A DNA stretch of 64,000 nucleotides from an uncultured virus (IMG/VR IMGVR_UViG_3300028597_000008) (Duplodnaviria; Heunggongvirae; Uroviricota; Caudoviricetes): IMG/VR virus record IMGVR_UViG_3300028597_000008, one strand, 5' to 3'. The notes below the pieces were generated by a model that was not told the origin of the DNA, ran no database searches, and worked only from the letters and a program-made list of their open reading frames with translations. The position numbers were made by a program, and so were the translations under genes. Shown here piece after piece: positions 49,283 to 59,106 of this stretch. How positions within the stretch are numbered: the first letter of the stretch is position 1; each line of letters opens with the position of its first letter.

Positions 49283-49316
49283 AATCCCTAAACGGGAGAA
49301 CATCGGAGAACTACAT

Positions 49317-50921
49317 ATGCCCCTTTACAACGGTAGTAATACTGCTGCGGGTATGTACGGTGGCGAGGAAGACAATTCGTTTTCCGCATCGTCTACGTAC
49401 CCAAGCACGGGCGCAATGGTAGGCGTAGCAAACCGTGGCCCTGTAGGTATTCCCTACGAGGTTTTGAGCAAAACGGACTGGCGCACACAATTCGGTCGCC
49501 GTGATGCATCTGTTTCTTACGCACACTTTTGCGCGGAACGTTTTTTGGACGTGGCCCAACGGCTGTGGTTTGTTCGCGTGGATTTGGGAGCGAATTATGG
49601 TTCGGGTAGTTTCCGCACCGTAAATGGTTTCTGCACAGCGAAATCTGCGACCAAAGGTTATCTCGATCCAAAAACGCAACACAACCAATTGCCTGATGAA
49701 ATTGTTTTGTTTTATGCAGCCAACCCCGGCGCATGGAACAACGCTTTGCGCGTTCTGGTTTACCCGGATACCGCTGACGTTTCTGGCGAATTGTTCGTTG
49801 TGCAAGTTTTTGAAACGAGCATGTCGAACCCGGTTGAAACCTATCGCGCAACTCTGCGTGACAAGGTGGACGGCACCAACAAACAACTGAATATCGAATA
49901 TCAGTTGGAACTGAACGAATCGCGAATTCGTGCGAAGGTAAATACCGAGCATCCAGAATACGTTTCGTCGCAGGGCGCAAAACGCACAATCAACGCAATT
50001 GCGACTGTTGATTTCCTGTACGGTGATAATGGCCGTGCGTGGAATAACGGCGATATCATTGCCGCGTGGGACTTGTTCTCTAACGAAGATGATTTCGATA
50101 TTCGTGTTCTCATCAACGCCGGTTATACCGACATTGGTGTGCACAACGCCATGCTTTCGCTGGCCGAAGAACGCCGCGATTGTTTTGCAATTCTCGACGT
50201 ACCGTCGGATATGCAGACTGCCGCACGTGCTGTGAATTTCCGTCGCAATCTCGGCAATTACAACACCAGCTTTGGCGCGCTGTACGCCAACGATATCGAA
50301 GAAACAACCGAGGAAGGCCAGAAGCTTTACGTTCCAAGTTCGGGTGCAATTGCTGCGGTATTTGCAACTTCGGATGCGGCAACGGCGGAATGGTGGGCAC
50401 CTGCTGGTGTGGTTCGCGGTTTGATTTCCGGTATTACTGGGCTGCGTTACAAATACACGCAAAACGAGCGTAACTTGCTCGACCAAAACCAAATCAACTA
50501 TATCCACAAACTTTCGGGTTATGGGTATGCGGTTTGGGGCGCACAAACTCTGCAAGCACTGCATTCCGCATTGTCGGATATTCCGGTGCGTCGTCTCATC
50601 AACACGATTGAAACGACTGCGAAATATGATGCGCTGCGTGTGGTGTTCGATCCGAACGACGAATACCTGTGGAAACAGTTGGAAAATATTGTTCGCGATG
50701 TGCTTGATCCGATCCTGAACGGACGTGGTTTGTATTTCTACGACGTGAAGTGTGACGGCACTCTGAACAAATCCAACACCGTTGCAAGCGGCGACGTGAT
50801 TTTGGTTTATGTTATTGAACCTGTCCGCTACACCAAACGCATTCTGTTCACGACTACCGTAGCGGCCACTGGTCAGCTTTCTACGGCTGTGGAATACGTT
50901 ACCAAAAACACTGGCCTCTAA
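49317..50921 (+). CDS. Tail sheath protein (paralogue 2)
   Basis: AGMYGGEEDNS, GVANRGP, ANPGAWNN, RRDCFAILD, VPSSG, WWAPAG..RG, VWGAQTL, IPVRRL, VFDPND; directly upstream of the tube gene. Confidence 0.93.
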   Translation: MPLYNGSNTAAGMYGGEEDNSFSASSTYPSTGAMVGVANRGPVGIPYEVLSKTDWRTQFGRRDASVSYAHFCAERFLDVAQRLWFVRVDLGANYGSGSFRTVNGFCTAKSATKGYLDPKTQHNQLPDEIVLFYAANPGAWNNALRVLVYPDTADVSGELFVVQVFETSMSNPVETYRATLRDKVDGTNKQLNIEYQLELNESRIRAKVNTEHPEYVSSQGAKRTINAIATVDFLYGDNGRAWNNGDIIAAWDLFSNEDDFDIRVLINAGYTDIGVHNAMLSLAEERRDCFAILDVPSDMQTAARAVNFRRNLGNYNTSFGALYANDIEETTEEGQKLYVPSSGAIAAVFATSDAATAEWWAPAGVVRGLISGITGLRYKYTQNERNLLDQNQINYIHKLSGYGYAVWGAQTLQALHSALSDIPVRRLINTIETTAKYDALRVVFDPNDEYLWKQLENIVRDVLDPILNGRGLYFYDVKCDGTLNKSNTVASGDVILVYVIEPVRYTKRILFTTTVAATGQLSTAVEYVTKNTGL

Positions 50922-50930
50922 GGTGCGATC

Positions 50931-51440
50931 ATGCCAAAACCAACATTGAGTGAAGTTTATTCGCTTCCCGATCCGATGTTGAATGACAACTTCGACCTCG
51001 TTTTTACCAACGTTCCCGGCGGTGGTGATGGTCGTCAATTGCGTATTCAATGTCTGAGCGCTGCACTTCCCGGCGCAACAATTCAAACTGCCGAAGTTGA
51101 ATTGTTCGGACACAAACTGATTTACGCGGCTCGTAAGACTTTCAGCCATCAGATGACGGTGGCGCTGCACGAAATCTACGATGCCCGGACTTATCAGACT
51201 CTGAAAAACTGGGCTGCACAAGCGCGTGCAACCGCAACCCAAACCGGTGGTTTCTCCGCTGCGTACGCAAGTACCGCAACGCTGACCATTTACGATCAGA
51301 CCGGCGCCGCCGCTGCATCGTGGACTATCAAACGAATGTTCCCAACTGAAATTGCGGAATACCAGTTTGAAGGTGCGGGCGGTCAAGCTCTGCGTCAAGA
51401 TGCGCAATTCGCGTACGGCTGGGTAGAGCGTAACCAGTAA
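50931..51440 (+). CDS. Tail tube protein (T4 gp19-like)
   Basis: 169 aa after the sheath; SAALPGATI, LTIYDQTG...WTIKRMFPTEI. Confidence 0.85.
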   Translation: MPKPTLSEVYSLPDPMLNDNFDLVFTNVPGGGDGRQLRIQCLSAALPGATIQTAEVELFGHKLIYAARKTFSHQMTVALHEIYDARTYQTLKNWAAQARATATQTGGFSAAYASTATLTIYDQTGAAAASWTIKRMFPTEIAEYQFEGAGGQALRQDAQFAYGWVERNQ

Positions 51441-51451
51441 TACCCTGAGAG

Positions 51452-51487
51452 AAGCCCGGTGCGAATGTTTTTGCATTGGGCTTTTTT
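51452..51487 (+). terminator. Intrinsic terminator
   Basis: AAGCCCGGTGC...GCATTGGGCTTTTTT. Confidence 0.8.
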
Positions 51488-51506
51488 CGCTTGTGAGAGA
51501 AATGCC

Positions 51507-52010
51507 ATGCCAATACTGACGTTAGAAGAATTTACGCAACGTCGTACGGGTGATCGTGAACCGCTGCTAGACCTTTACTGGTACTGCGACGATTTGCCGT
51601 TCGACGGCGATAAAGATTATGTCGAGACTGCGAACATTCCGTTTCCTAGCCTCAACATGAAACCGCTTTTTGTAGGTTCGCAATTCGAGCAATATCCGGG
51701 CTTTCTGGAAATCTCGGCTTTCGACCTAACATTTTACGAAGACGTGCGTGTGCGTTCTCGGAAATGGGTTATGAATTGGCAGGCAAGAATTCGTGATCCA
51801 GAATCCCGAACGTATTTTCTGCCGTCCAGTTACAAACGTGATATGACATTCTGTTTAACAGACGGAACAACGCGGGACACACCGATTTTTACGGTGACAC
51901 TCAAAAACTGCTGGCCCACAATGTCCAACGCAATCGACCTTTCGAACAACGGTGGACAACCGCTGAAACTACAGCAAAACTTCGCATGTGATGGAGCGAC
52001 TTGGAAATGA
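51507..52010 (+). CDS. Tail-tube-like baseplate/tube initiator protein
   Basis: VETANIPFPSL...FDLTFYED...W...TVTLKNCWPT: tube-fold paralogue. Confidence 0.65.
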   Translation: MPILTLEEFTQRRTGDREPLLDLYWYCDDLPFDGDKDYVETANIPFPSLNMKPLFVGSQFEQYPGFLEISAFDLTFYEDVRVRSRKWVMNWQARIRDPESRTYFLPSSYKRDMTFCLTDGTTRDTPIFTVTLKNCWPTMSNAIDLSNNGGQPLKLQQNFACDGATWK

Positions 52011-52786
52011 AATTTGACGTAAACACTCTGCCGTCTCGCGGTATTCCGTATGCTGTTAAATCCATCGACGTTCAACCTTTTCGCCCGCGCCACATGCCGT
52101 ACATTTCCGAAGCAATTATGCTGGGCAGTAACGAGCCGCTGATTGAAGCGGTTAGCATGGTGATGGACTTCGACACATACCAACTCACGGACGGCGATTT
52201 TTATTATTTCCTAACGTGGTTGCGTTTCAACAGTCGTGATATTCCGATGACTGCTGATTGGGAATGCGAAGGCACGATGTTTCGTCGCGTAGATACTGGC
52301 GAAGTCATGTCGGTCGATGCAATTGACGAATTGATTTTGCAGTGGGAAAACGCAAAAGGCACCGAAGCCGCTGCGACCATGGTAGACCCGCACGAACTGG
52401 ATTTCGAAGATGTTGACTGCGGCCACGTTAACAAACAATTCGTAACGTTCGAAGATTTCCGCGTTAAGCAAATGCCGAACATCGAACTCGATCCACGTTT
52501 GGATTATCCGCGTGTGCGTCATATGCCGGAATATCTGGAACTGTTGCAGGATCGTCGCTACACGAAAATCATTGGCCCAACTCGTTTCATCAAAGACGGT
52601 TTCACTCTCAAAGAGAAACTGCAAATTGTTGAGTCGATGGAAGACATGGAACTGTTTGACAAGGCCAGCCGTGCACACTTCGAATTGGAACACGGTGTTA
52701 TGCAGGGCCTCAAGAAAAAATGCGCAAAATGCGGGACTCTTCACGACTTTGCAACGACGATTGATGCACAGTCTTTCTTCGTTTGA
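52007..52786 (+). CDS. Baseplate hub assembly protein (T4 gp26-like) 1
   Basis: LPSRGIPY, LTDGDFYYFLTWLR, C-terminal CAKC. Confidence 0.6.
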   Translation: MKFDVNTLPSRGIPYAVKSIDVQPFRPRHMPYISEAIMLGSNEPLIEAVSMVMDFDTYQLTDGDFYYFLTWLRFNSRDIPMTADWECEGTMFRRVDTGEVMSVDAIDELILQWENAKGTEAAATMVDPHELDFEDVDCGHVNKQFVTFEDFRVKQMPNIELDPRLDYPRVRHMPEYLELLQDRRYTKIIGPTRFIKDGFTLKEKLQIVESMEDMELFDKASRAHFELEHGVMQGLKKKCAKCGTLHDFATTIDAQSFFV

Positions 52787-52801
52787 TGGGATAGGTGCGA
52801 T

Positions 52802-53764
52802 ATGCAGGATAAACTGATAGACAAATTCGAAAATGATCCACGCTACGTTGACATTGGTGATCTGCCTACAGGCGCAGCGACGTATGATTTCGACCGGCTG
52901 TACATGCGGCAGTTTATCCTTGAAGATTTGCAATTGCTTCACCACGGGATGACTACAAAAACGCGGCCGCATCAGCATATTATTCGTGCTGTGCAATTGA
53001 CATGCAGTCAGGATATCAGCCGTTTAACAGACGGCGATTTCCTTTACATCATGGCGTGGTTGCGCAAACAAAGTTTCCCGGATTTCCCAATTCAAGCGCA
53101 GTATATTTGCCACAATCCTGTTTACGTGAACGTGAAGAACAACATTGGTCAATTCCCTGATGCAAAAACTGCTGCGAAAGAAGGTTATCGTTTGCAGCCG
53201 TGCGGGGCATCGAACAAAATTCTGGTTCGACAAAACAAGGTAAAAATCTACACGCTGGAAGACGATGATCTGGTAATCAAACATCCCGATATTGATTTCG
53301 CCCGAGTGGAAACGCTCACGGATTACCATGAATACATTGAAGCAAATCCGCGTGATAAGTACGTTGCCGATCTAGCGCGCTGGGTGAAGAAAGGGAAAAC
53401 CTTCAAAGCCAAGCTGACGTATCTGATGGCACAAAAAGATTTCACTTTGTTTGATGAAATCGAGCGCACCAAAACCAAGTATTTCCATGGCGTCACCGAA
53501 AATATCCAGTTGGTTTGCGGCCAGTGCAACCACACACGTTGGCACGAATCCAATCCGAGTCTGCTGTCGTTTTTCTCGGACAATACCGACAAGGATATTT
53601 ACAACATGAGTTACAACCTTATGTCACAGTTCGGTGCTGCTCCCGATTTGAAATTGCCTGCACGAATGTTTATCTATCACCACTCCACACTGGTTGCGGA
53701 TCGTCGTGATGCTGAGAACAAAGCGAAACAGGCACGCGAACAGCGCGGCGGCAGAAGGGTATAA
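52802..53764 (+). CDS. Baseplate hub assembly / tail chaperone (gp26-like) 2
   Basis: LPTG..Y, LTDGDFLYIMAWLR, HGV...CGQC; clear paralogue of the previous gene. Confidence 0.6.
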   Translation: MQDKLIDKFENDPRYVDIGDLPTGAATYDFDRLYMRQFILEDLQLLHHGMTTKTRPHQHIIRAVQLTCSQDISRLTDGDFLYIMAWLRKQSFPDFPIQAQYICHNPVYVNVKNNIGQFPDAKTAAKEGYRLQPCGASNKILVRQNKVKIYTLEDDDLVIKHPDIDFARVETLTDYHEYIEANPRDKYVADLARWVKKGKTFKAKLTYLMAQKDFTLFDEIERTKTKYFHGVTENIQLVCGQCNHTRWHESNPSLLSFFSDNTDKDIYNMSYNLMSQFGAAPDLKLPARMFIYHHSTLVADRRDAENKAKQAREQRGGRRV

Positions 53765-53767
53765 CAG

Positions 53768-56700
53768 ATGGCAAGCATTGCGCAGTTAACAGAAGTTGCA
53801 GAACGCAATCGCCCTAAACAGGATTGGGCGAATCAGGGCCTGATGCAGAACGCCGTTGTAAAGAAAAATACCGGCGTGGAATTGCACGGCCAGTCTACGA
53901 ACGAACACAACTATGCAGCCGGTTCCAAGAAAGCTGGCCCGAAAAAAGTAAAGCAGAATAACCAAACGATTGTTGAAGAAAACAGTGGCAACATTGATGC
54001 ATTGCAACATCAAACGGAAGTTTTGCGCGATCAAGGTGTAGCTACACAAAAGCAAACAGGAATTCTCGATAAACAATCGGGCCTGATGCAAGATCAGATT
54101 CAAGCAACGCAGGGCGTAAGCGCAGCAGTCCAGCGTTTGTATGAATACATGAAAGCGGAGAAATCCAAACCTGTTGCCAAGGTGCAGAATTACGGTCAAG
54201 GACGGGGCAATACGTACGAAGGCGAATTTACCCGCGAAGGTGAAGGCGATAACGGCGGCAGTTTACTCGACGCAATTAACGATATGCGCCGGGGCGGTAA
54301 AAAAGGTGGGAAAAAAGGCCGTGGAAAAGGCGGTCGCTGGAAATTGCCGCGTGGTATGGGTGGCGCTGGTATGATGCGCATGGCCGGTGTTGCCGGTGGC
54401 GTTTTAGGCGGCGGTGCCCTTGCTGTTAACGGCATGAACGATATTGCAAACCACGAAGGGAAAGATTTCTTTGATGGTGGTTTGTCTAGTCGTGGTTCCG
54501 GTTACGCGCAATCCATCGGCGGCGGTGCATTAGCCGGTGCTGCAATTGGTTCGATTGTTCCGGTAATTGGTACGGCAGTCGGCGCAGCGGTCGGTGCTGC
54601 ACTCGGTGGACTCGGTGCATTAATCACCGATAATAAACAAGCGCTAAATGATGGTTTCAATCACATCATGGGGCGCCCGAGCGACGGCACTGGTACAGGT
54701 CGCAGTAAAGCAGAATCGAACGATATTGCTGACGCTGCAATGACAAAAGGTTTGGGTTCGGTTTCTGCATCTTTTGAATCCGGTGGGAAAGGCGTAAGCA
54801 CAGTTTCCACGGGTAAAGGTGACAACGGCGGTGTATCGTACGGCTCGCACCAACTGAGTTCCAAAACCGGTAGCATGACTGCATTCCTGCGGTCGGAACA
54901 AGGTTCGAAATACTACGATCAATTTCGTGGTTTGCAACCCGGCACCAAAGAGTTCAACGAAAAATACAAAGAGATTGCGAAAAACGACGGTGCTGGTTTT
55001 GAAGAGGCACAAAACAGCTACATTACCAAAACGCATTACGCGCCTGTAGCTGGTCACTTCAAAGATAAGTACGGCGTTGATCCTGAGCAACGTTCGCGTG
55101 CGCTCAAAGAAGCAATGTATAGCGTTGGCGTTCAATACGGTGCAGGCGGTGCGAAAAAACTCACCGACGAAGCATGGGATGGCGTTGACGTTAGCAAAGC
55201 TGACGACGCTGAACTGATTCAGAAATTGCAGGATTATCGCGCATCATCGGTAACTGCAAAATTCAAATCCAGTAGCGGCGCTGTTCAACAAAGCGTTGCG
55301 AACCGGGCGAAAGACGAAAACACCGCACTGCAAAAGATGTTGAAAAACGAACGGGAAGGGAAATCCGGTTCGGGTATCGGTTCTGTCTATTCTGAAAAAG
55401 CAATTGCAGAACTTGAGCACAAAAACGGTGCCGGTACAGTTGGTGTTATGGCGCCAACAAAGCCCGGTGCTGATACCAGTAAAATGGGTGCGGGCACAGT
55501 CGGTATTATGGCTGCTGGCGGTGGTGCTGGTACAACCACTATGCAAGCGGCAGCGGCAAACAACGCTGTTGCAAATGCGCCAATGGTCAAGGCCGAAGAC
55601 AAAGAGCCGAAGCAAACGAAAAAAGCTGCGGAAATCACAACGATTTCTTCGCAACCTGCTGCGGCTAATGATCCAGAAGCACGGGCGAAAGCAATTCTAG
55701 ATCAGGCGGTAAAACAAAACGATCAGAATGCAAAACAAGCTGAGCAAAATGTTCAAACTGCACAAGCTGTACAAACTGCAACTAAAACACTTGCCCCGCC
55801 TGTTCCGCCTACACCGCCGACTGTTCCACAACCTGCAACACCAACCGTAAATCTGCCTCCGTCGCAACCGGCACCGCCAGTTGTTGATGCTGGTGCTTTG
55901 CCAACAAATACCGCGACAATGCCTTTTGGCACTCCCGCTTTTGCGCCGCCAACACAACCGCAATCGCCGTACGGTCAATATGTTCAAAGCACTGCGGATA
56001 TTGCACGTGATCCGCAACAGCCGCAACAGAACAGCACGTTGGGAAATATTGGACGCAATATTGCAGGCGCTGCAATTAATCCGTTGGCAAACGTTTTGGG
56101 AAATGCTGCACGGGTTTCACCTATTTCTGTATCGGGTGGAATTGGCGGCAAAATGACGATCAACAAACCGTCGTTTGGTTTTTCCGATCCCAAGCAATTG
56201 TTGGAGCAATTGAAAGGCGGTTATTCCAACAGTGCTAACAGTGTGGCGCAGCAAGGTATCAATGCCGGTATTAGCACAATCACCAGTCCGATCAACGATG
56301 CATTGATGGCACCGCAACGCGCTATCACTGGCGGATTGAATGATTTGCTTTCTGGTAAAAATCCGTTTGCGTCTGCGGCACCGGCACCACAAACATTCGC
56401 ACCAGCACAGCCACAAATGCAGGTTATGCAACCGCAAGTTGCACCGATGAATATTTCGCCGGAAAGTCCTGCATCGCAATCATTTTATCGCAACGAAACT
56501 CCAATTGCGACAAAAGCCTCAAGCGCTCCGACACAAACAATGGCACAGCCAGTTGCAACACAAGCTGCGCCAGAAAAAGTCGAACGTCAGCCATTTGATT
56601 CTGTGCAGAAAGTTGCAATTGCAGATGCTGGCGCGGCTGCTGCTCCTGCGGATGGCGGCGGTATGGGTGCAGGCGGTGGCGGTGGCGGCGGAGGAAAAGG

Positions 56701-56791
56701 TGGTGAACAAAACAACACGGCACAGCTTGAGGAAATTCCTGCAATTATGGATGACCTCGGCATTCTGTTTATTAGCATGGGGTATGTGTAA
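53768..56791 (+). CDS. Tape-measure/baseplate hub protein with lysozyme-like peptidoglycan hydrolase domain
   Basis: Coiled-coil N-terminus, Gly-rich hydrophobic segments, SASFESGG...DNGGVSYGSHQLSSKTG and SVGVQYG (VgrG3-type muramidase-like), P/Q/A-rich C-terminus. Confidence 0.75.
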   Translation: MASIAQLTEVAERNRPKQDWANQGLMQNAVVKKNTGVELHGQSTNEHNYAAGSKKAGPKKVKQNNQTIVEENSGNIDALQHQTEVLRDQGVATQKQTGILDKQSGLMQDQIQATQGVSAAVQRLYEYMKAEKSKPVAKVQNYGQGRGNTYEGEFTREGEGDNGGSLLDAINDMRRGGKKGGKKGRGKGGRWKLPRGMGGAGMMRMAGVAGGVLGGGALAVNGMNDIANHEGKDFFDGGLSSRGSGYAQSIGGGALAGAAIGSIVPVIGTAVGAAVGAALGGLGALITDNKQALNDGFNHIMGRPSDGTGTGRSKAESNDIADAAMTKGLGSVSASFESGGKGVSTVSTGKGDNGGVSYGSHQLSSKTGSMTAFLRSEQGSKYYDQFRGLQPGTKEFNEKYKEIAKNDGAGFEEAQNSYITKTHYAPVAGHFKDKYGVDPEQRSRALKEAMYSVGVQYGAGGAKKLTDEAWDGVDVSKADDAELIQKLQDYRASSVTAKFKSSSGAVQQSVANRAKDENTALQKMLKNEREGKSGSGIGSVYSEKAIAELEHKNGAGTVGVMAPTKPGADTSKMGAGTVGIMAAGGGAGTTTMQAAAANNAVANAPMVKAEDKEPKQTKKAAEITTISSQPAAANDPEARAKAILDQAVKQNDQNAKQAEQNVQTAQAVQTATKTLAPPVPPTPPTVPQPATPTVNLPPSQPAPPVVDAGALPTNTATMPFGTPAFAPPTQPQSPYGQYVQSTADIARDPQQPQQNSTLGNIGRNIAGAAINPLANVLGNAARVSPISVSGGIGGKMTINKPSFGFSDPKQLLEQLKGGYSNSANSVAQQGINAGISTITSPINDALMAPQRAITGGLNDLLSGKNPFASAAPAPQTFAPAQPQMQVMQPQVAPMNISPESPASQSFYRNETPIATKASSAPTQTMAQPVATQAAPEKVERQPFDSVQKVAIADAGAAAAPADGGGMGAGGGGGGGGKGGEQNNTAQLEEIPAIMDDLGILFISMGYV

Positions 56792-57507
56792 TGGCATCAG
56801 GTACAAGCCCCTCGCTTCGCTTGGGTGGAAGTCCGCCCTCGAAGCGTAATAAAAAATCCGATCTTTCGAGTATTTATACAGCACAACTTGAAGTGAAACG
56901 TGATGGTGGATCGTACATCAGTATTGATACGCCTTTGCCAGAAAACTTTACACTGTCGCTGTCCTCGCAATATGATCGGCCTTTTGCAAAACCACTTTCC
57001 GAATTGGCTGGTGAAGCAACCGGCACAGGTGGTGCTGCGGGCATTGGTGAAAACGTTGCGCGTGCATCTACTGGTATGACTTCCATTGCCAAGTTTTTGA
57101 GCGCGGCGGTGTGGTCTGGCGGATCGACACTGACAATTGATATTCCTTTTGTTCTCCACGCGTACGAAGATGCACGTACGGAAATTGGTGACAAAATGAA
57201 AAAGCTTTTGCAGTTGGTTACGCCTTCCGAAGTTGGGGGCATGCTGCGTGCTCCCGGCCCATATCAGGCAAACGTTAGCGCAATGATGGCCGGTGATGTT
57301 GGTGGTGCGCTTAGTTTGGGCGGCGACGATATCACGTTGAGCATTGGTCGTTTCTTTGTATTCAATCCGTGCATTATTACCAACGTGGTTTCTACGTTCG
57401 ATACGCAATTCGAAGCGCAGGGCCAACCGCTCGCCGCAACGATCAACGTGACGTTTGAAGCGTACTTCACAACAACCAAAGAAGATTTGGATAAATTCTT
57501 CCTTTGA
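56791..57507 (+). CDS. Putative baseplate/tube-cap protein
   Basis: TAATG coupling; VWSGG, ITLSIG...CIITNVVSTFD...PLAATINVTF tube-like C-terminus. Confidence 0.5.
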   Translation: MASGTSPSLRLGGSPPSKRNKKSDLSSIYTAQLEVKRDGGSYISIDTPLPENFTLSLSSQYDRPFAKPLSELAGEATGTGGAAGIGENVARASTGMTSIAKFLSAAVWSGGSTLTIDIPFVLHAYEDARTEIGDKMKKLLQLVTPSEVGGMLRAPGPYQANVSAMMAGDVGGALSLGGDDITLSIGRFFVFNPCIITNVVSTFDTQFEAQGQPLAATINVTFEAYFTTTKEDLDKFFL

Positions 57508-57517
57508 TGAGGTGCTT

Positions 57518-57844
57518 ATGCTTTATCACCAATACGAATTCATGCGTGTGGATGAATACGGGATTGATCCTCTGTTGGACGATTCTTACGACGCGATTTA
57601 TGCGGTTACTTCCTCGACGCCACATACTGTAAAGGCCGAAGAGAAATTTAACCCGGCATTGATTTCGTTCAACGTCTATAACAGCAACATGATGTGGTGG
57701 CGGCACATTATGGTTTTCAACGGCATTGATGATGCGTGGGATTTGTTTGAGGGACGGCGCATTCGCATTCCCAACATTAACGAAATGACCACGTTTCTAC
57801 AGCGCGCCAAAAACGAAAGCCAGAAAAGTGTTGTCACTATTTAG
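57518..57844 (+). CDS. Baseplate wedge protein (T4 gp53/LysM-like)
   Basis: NPALISFNVYN...WWRHIMVFNGIDD...EGRRIRIP; GAGGTG RBS. Confidence 0.7.
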   Translation: MLYHQYEFMRVDEYGIDPLLDDSYDAIYAVTSSTPHTVKAEEKFNPALISFNVYNSNMMWWRHIMVFNGIDDAWDLFEGRRIRIPNINEMTTFLQRAKNESQKSVVTI

Positions 57845-57852
57845 GAACTGAC

Positions 57853-59106
57853 ATGCAAGCATCACTTAACATTGATGGCATTGCGTTTTGTACGTTGGAA
57901 ATTGAGGGGGCGAATATGCCCCCTAGTCCAAACCTGATTGAGAACATCATGATTATGGAAGGCTTCGGTATGGGCCTTCCGACCATGAAACTCAGTTTGT
58001 TGGATGAAAACGAAACGTTAAGTCGTGACCTCAATCTGAAAAACGGCACAGGCATTCGCATTCGCTTGGGTAAAAGCGCCGCCGCTGCGCCGGAATATTC
58101 GTTTAGTGTGTTCGGTTGGAAACGACCAAACAACGCTGTTACGAAAATCTTGGACATTATCTGCATTTACAACTGCCCGAAGTTTGGCGCTGGTGTATTT
58201 TGCGAAGCGTTCGAAGGTCACAGCGCAAATGCAATGCAGCAAGTCGCTGAATTAAGCGGCCTGCGTTTTGAAGGGCCACAATCACCGCCTGTTGATACAC
58301 AATGGTGGATGAATTTAAACACCACGCGCCTGTCGTTTACCGAAGACATGGCAATGCGTGCGTTTGTAAATCCGCAAAGCTGCATGGCTCGCGTTGTTCG
58401 CGCTGACGGCACACTGGTTTACAAAGATTTGATGCAGGTTTTACAGGAACCTGCGAAATTCAAAATCTGCCAAAACACCAACGGCACGGGCGGCGGAACT
58501 TCTGTCAGTGCACGTGCTGTTAAAGACGGCAGTTCCTCCGGTTTGTTCACGCATTTTGTGAACTACGGCCACAAGCTTTTCATGCACACTTTCGACGGTG
58601 AAGATTCAGCAATCGAAACGCTGGACATTAACGCAAGTGGTGCAGGTGTTCCAATCAATAGCCAAGTGCTTTCGGATTTGAAAGAGCGCGGCGCACGCGT
58701 GACGCACGTTGGTTACGATTACGGCACCGGCCCGGACGAAGGTTCGAACTATCACGAGAATTACGAACAGGCGTATTATCAAAACGTTCGCCTGCTTGCG
58801 CTTTTCAGTGAACGCGTTACGGCCATCACCGACACCGTGACGGAATTGAAAACTTTCACCTCGGTTGATTTCGAACAAGGTAGTAACGCCAAAGGCCAAT
58901 CGGCTGCGAATGACGTTGCTGGCCGATACTTGATTGGTGGCAAAACCATCGTTATCAAGAAAGGTACGAAATATTCCGAAGTGATTTATATGTACCGTCC
59001 TTTCATTACCGAAGCGGGCAATCCGAACGGTGTTAATTCCAGTCCGAAGAAGGTTAACGCGTCTGCCTCTGGCGTAGATCAGAGTAGCCGTGATTTCTCG
59101 CGATGA
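57853..59106 (+). CDS. Baseplate hub protein (gp27/GPD-like)
   Basis: 417 aa after the gp53-like gene; LPTMKLSLLD and AGRYLIGG patterns. Confidence 0.55.
   Translation: MQASLNIDGIAFCTLEIEGANMPPSPNLIENIMIMEGFGMGLPTMKLSLLDENETLSRDLNLKNGTGIRIRLGKSAAAAPEYSFSVFGWKRPNNAVTKILDIICIYNCPKFGAGVFCEAFEGHSANAMQQVAELSGLRFEGPQSPPVDTQWWMNLNTTRLSFTEDMAMRAFVNPQSCMARVVRADGTLVYKDLMQVLQEPAKFKICQNTNGTGGGTSVSARAVKDGSSSGLFTHFVNYGHKLFMHTFDGEDSAIETLDINASGAGVPINSQVLSDLKERGARVTHVGYDYGTGPDEGSNYHENYEQAYYQNVRLLALFSERVTAITDTVTELKTFTSVDFEQGSNAKGQSAANDVAGRYLIGGKTIVIKKGTKYSEVIYMYRPFITEAGNPNGVNSSPKKVNASASGVDQSSRDFSR

Noticed and set aside
52760..52810. Tail-chaperone-type frameshift between the two gp26-like genes
   Set aside because: No X XXY YYZ heptamer near the stop, and the second gene has its own AGGTG RBS and ATG
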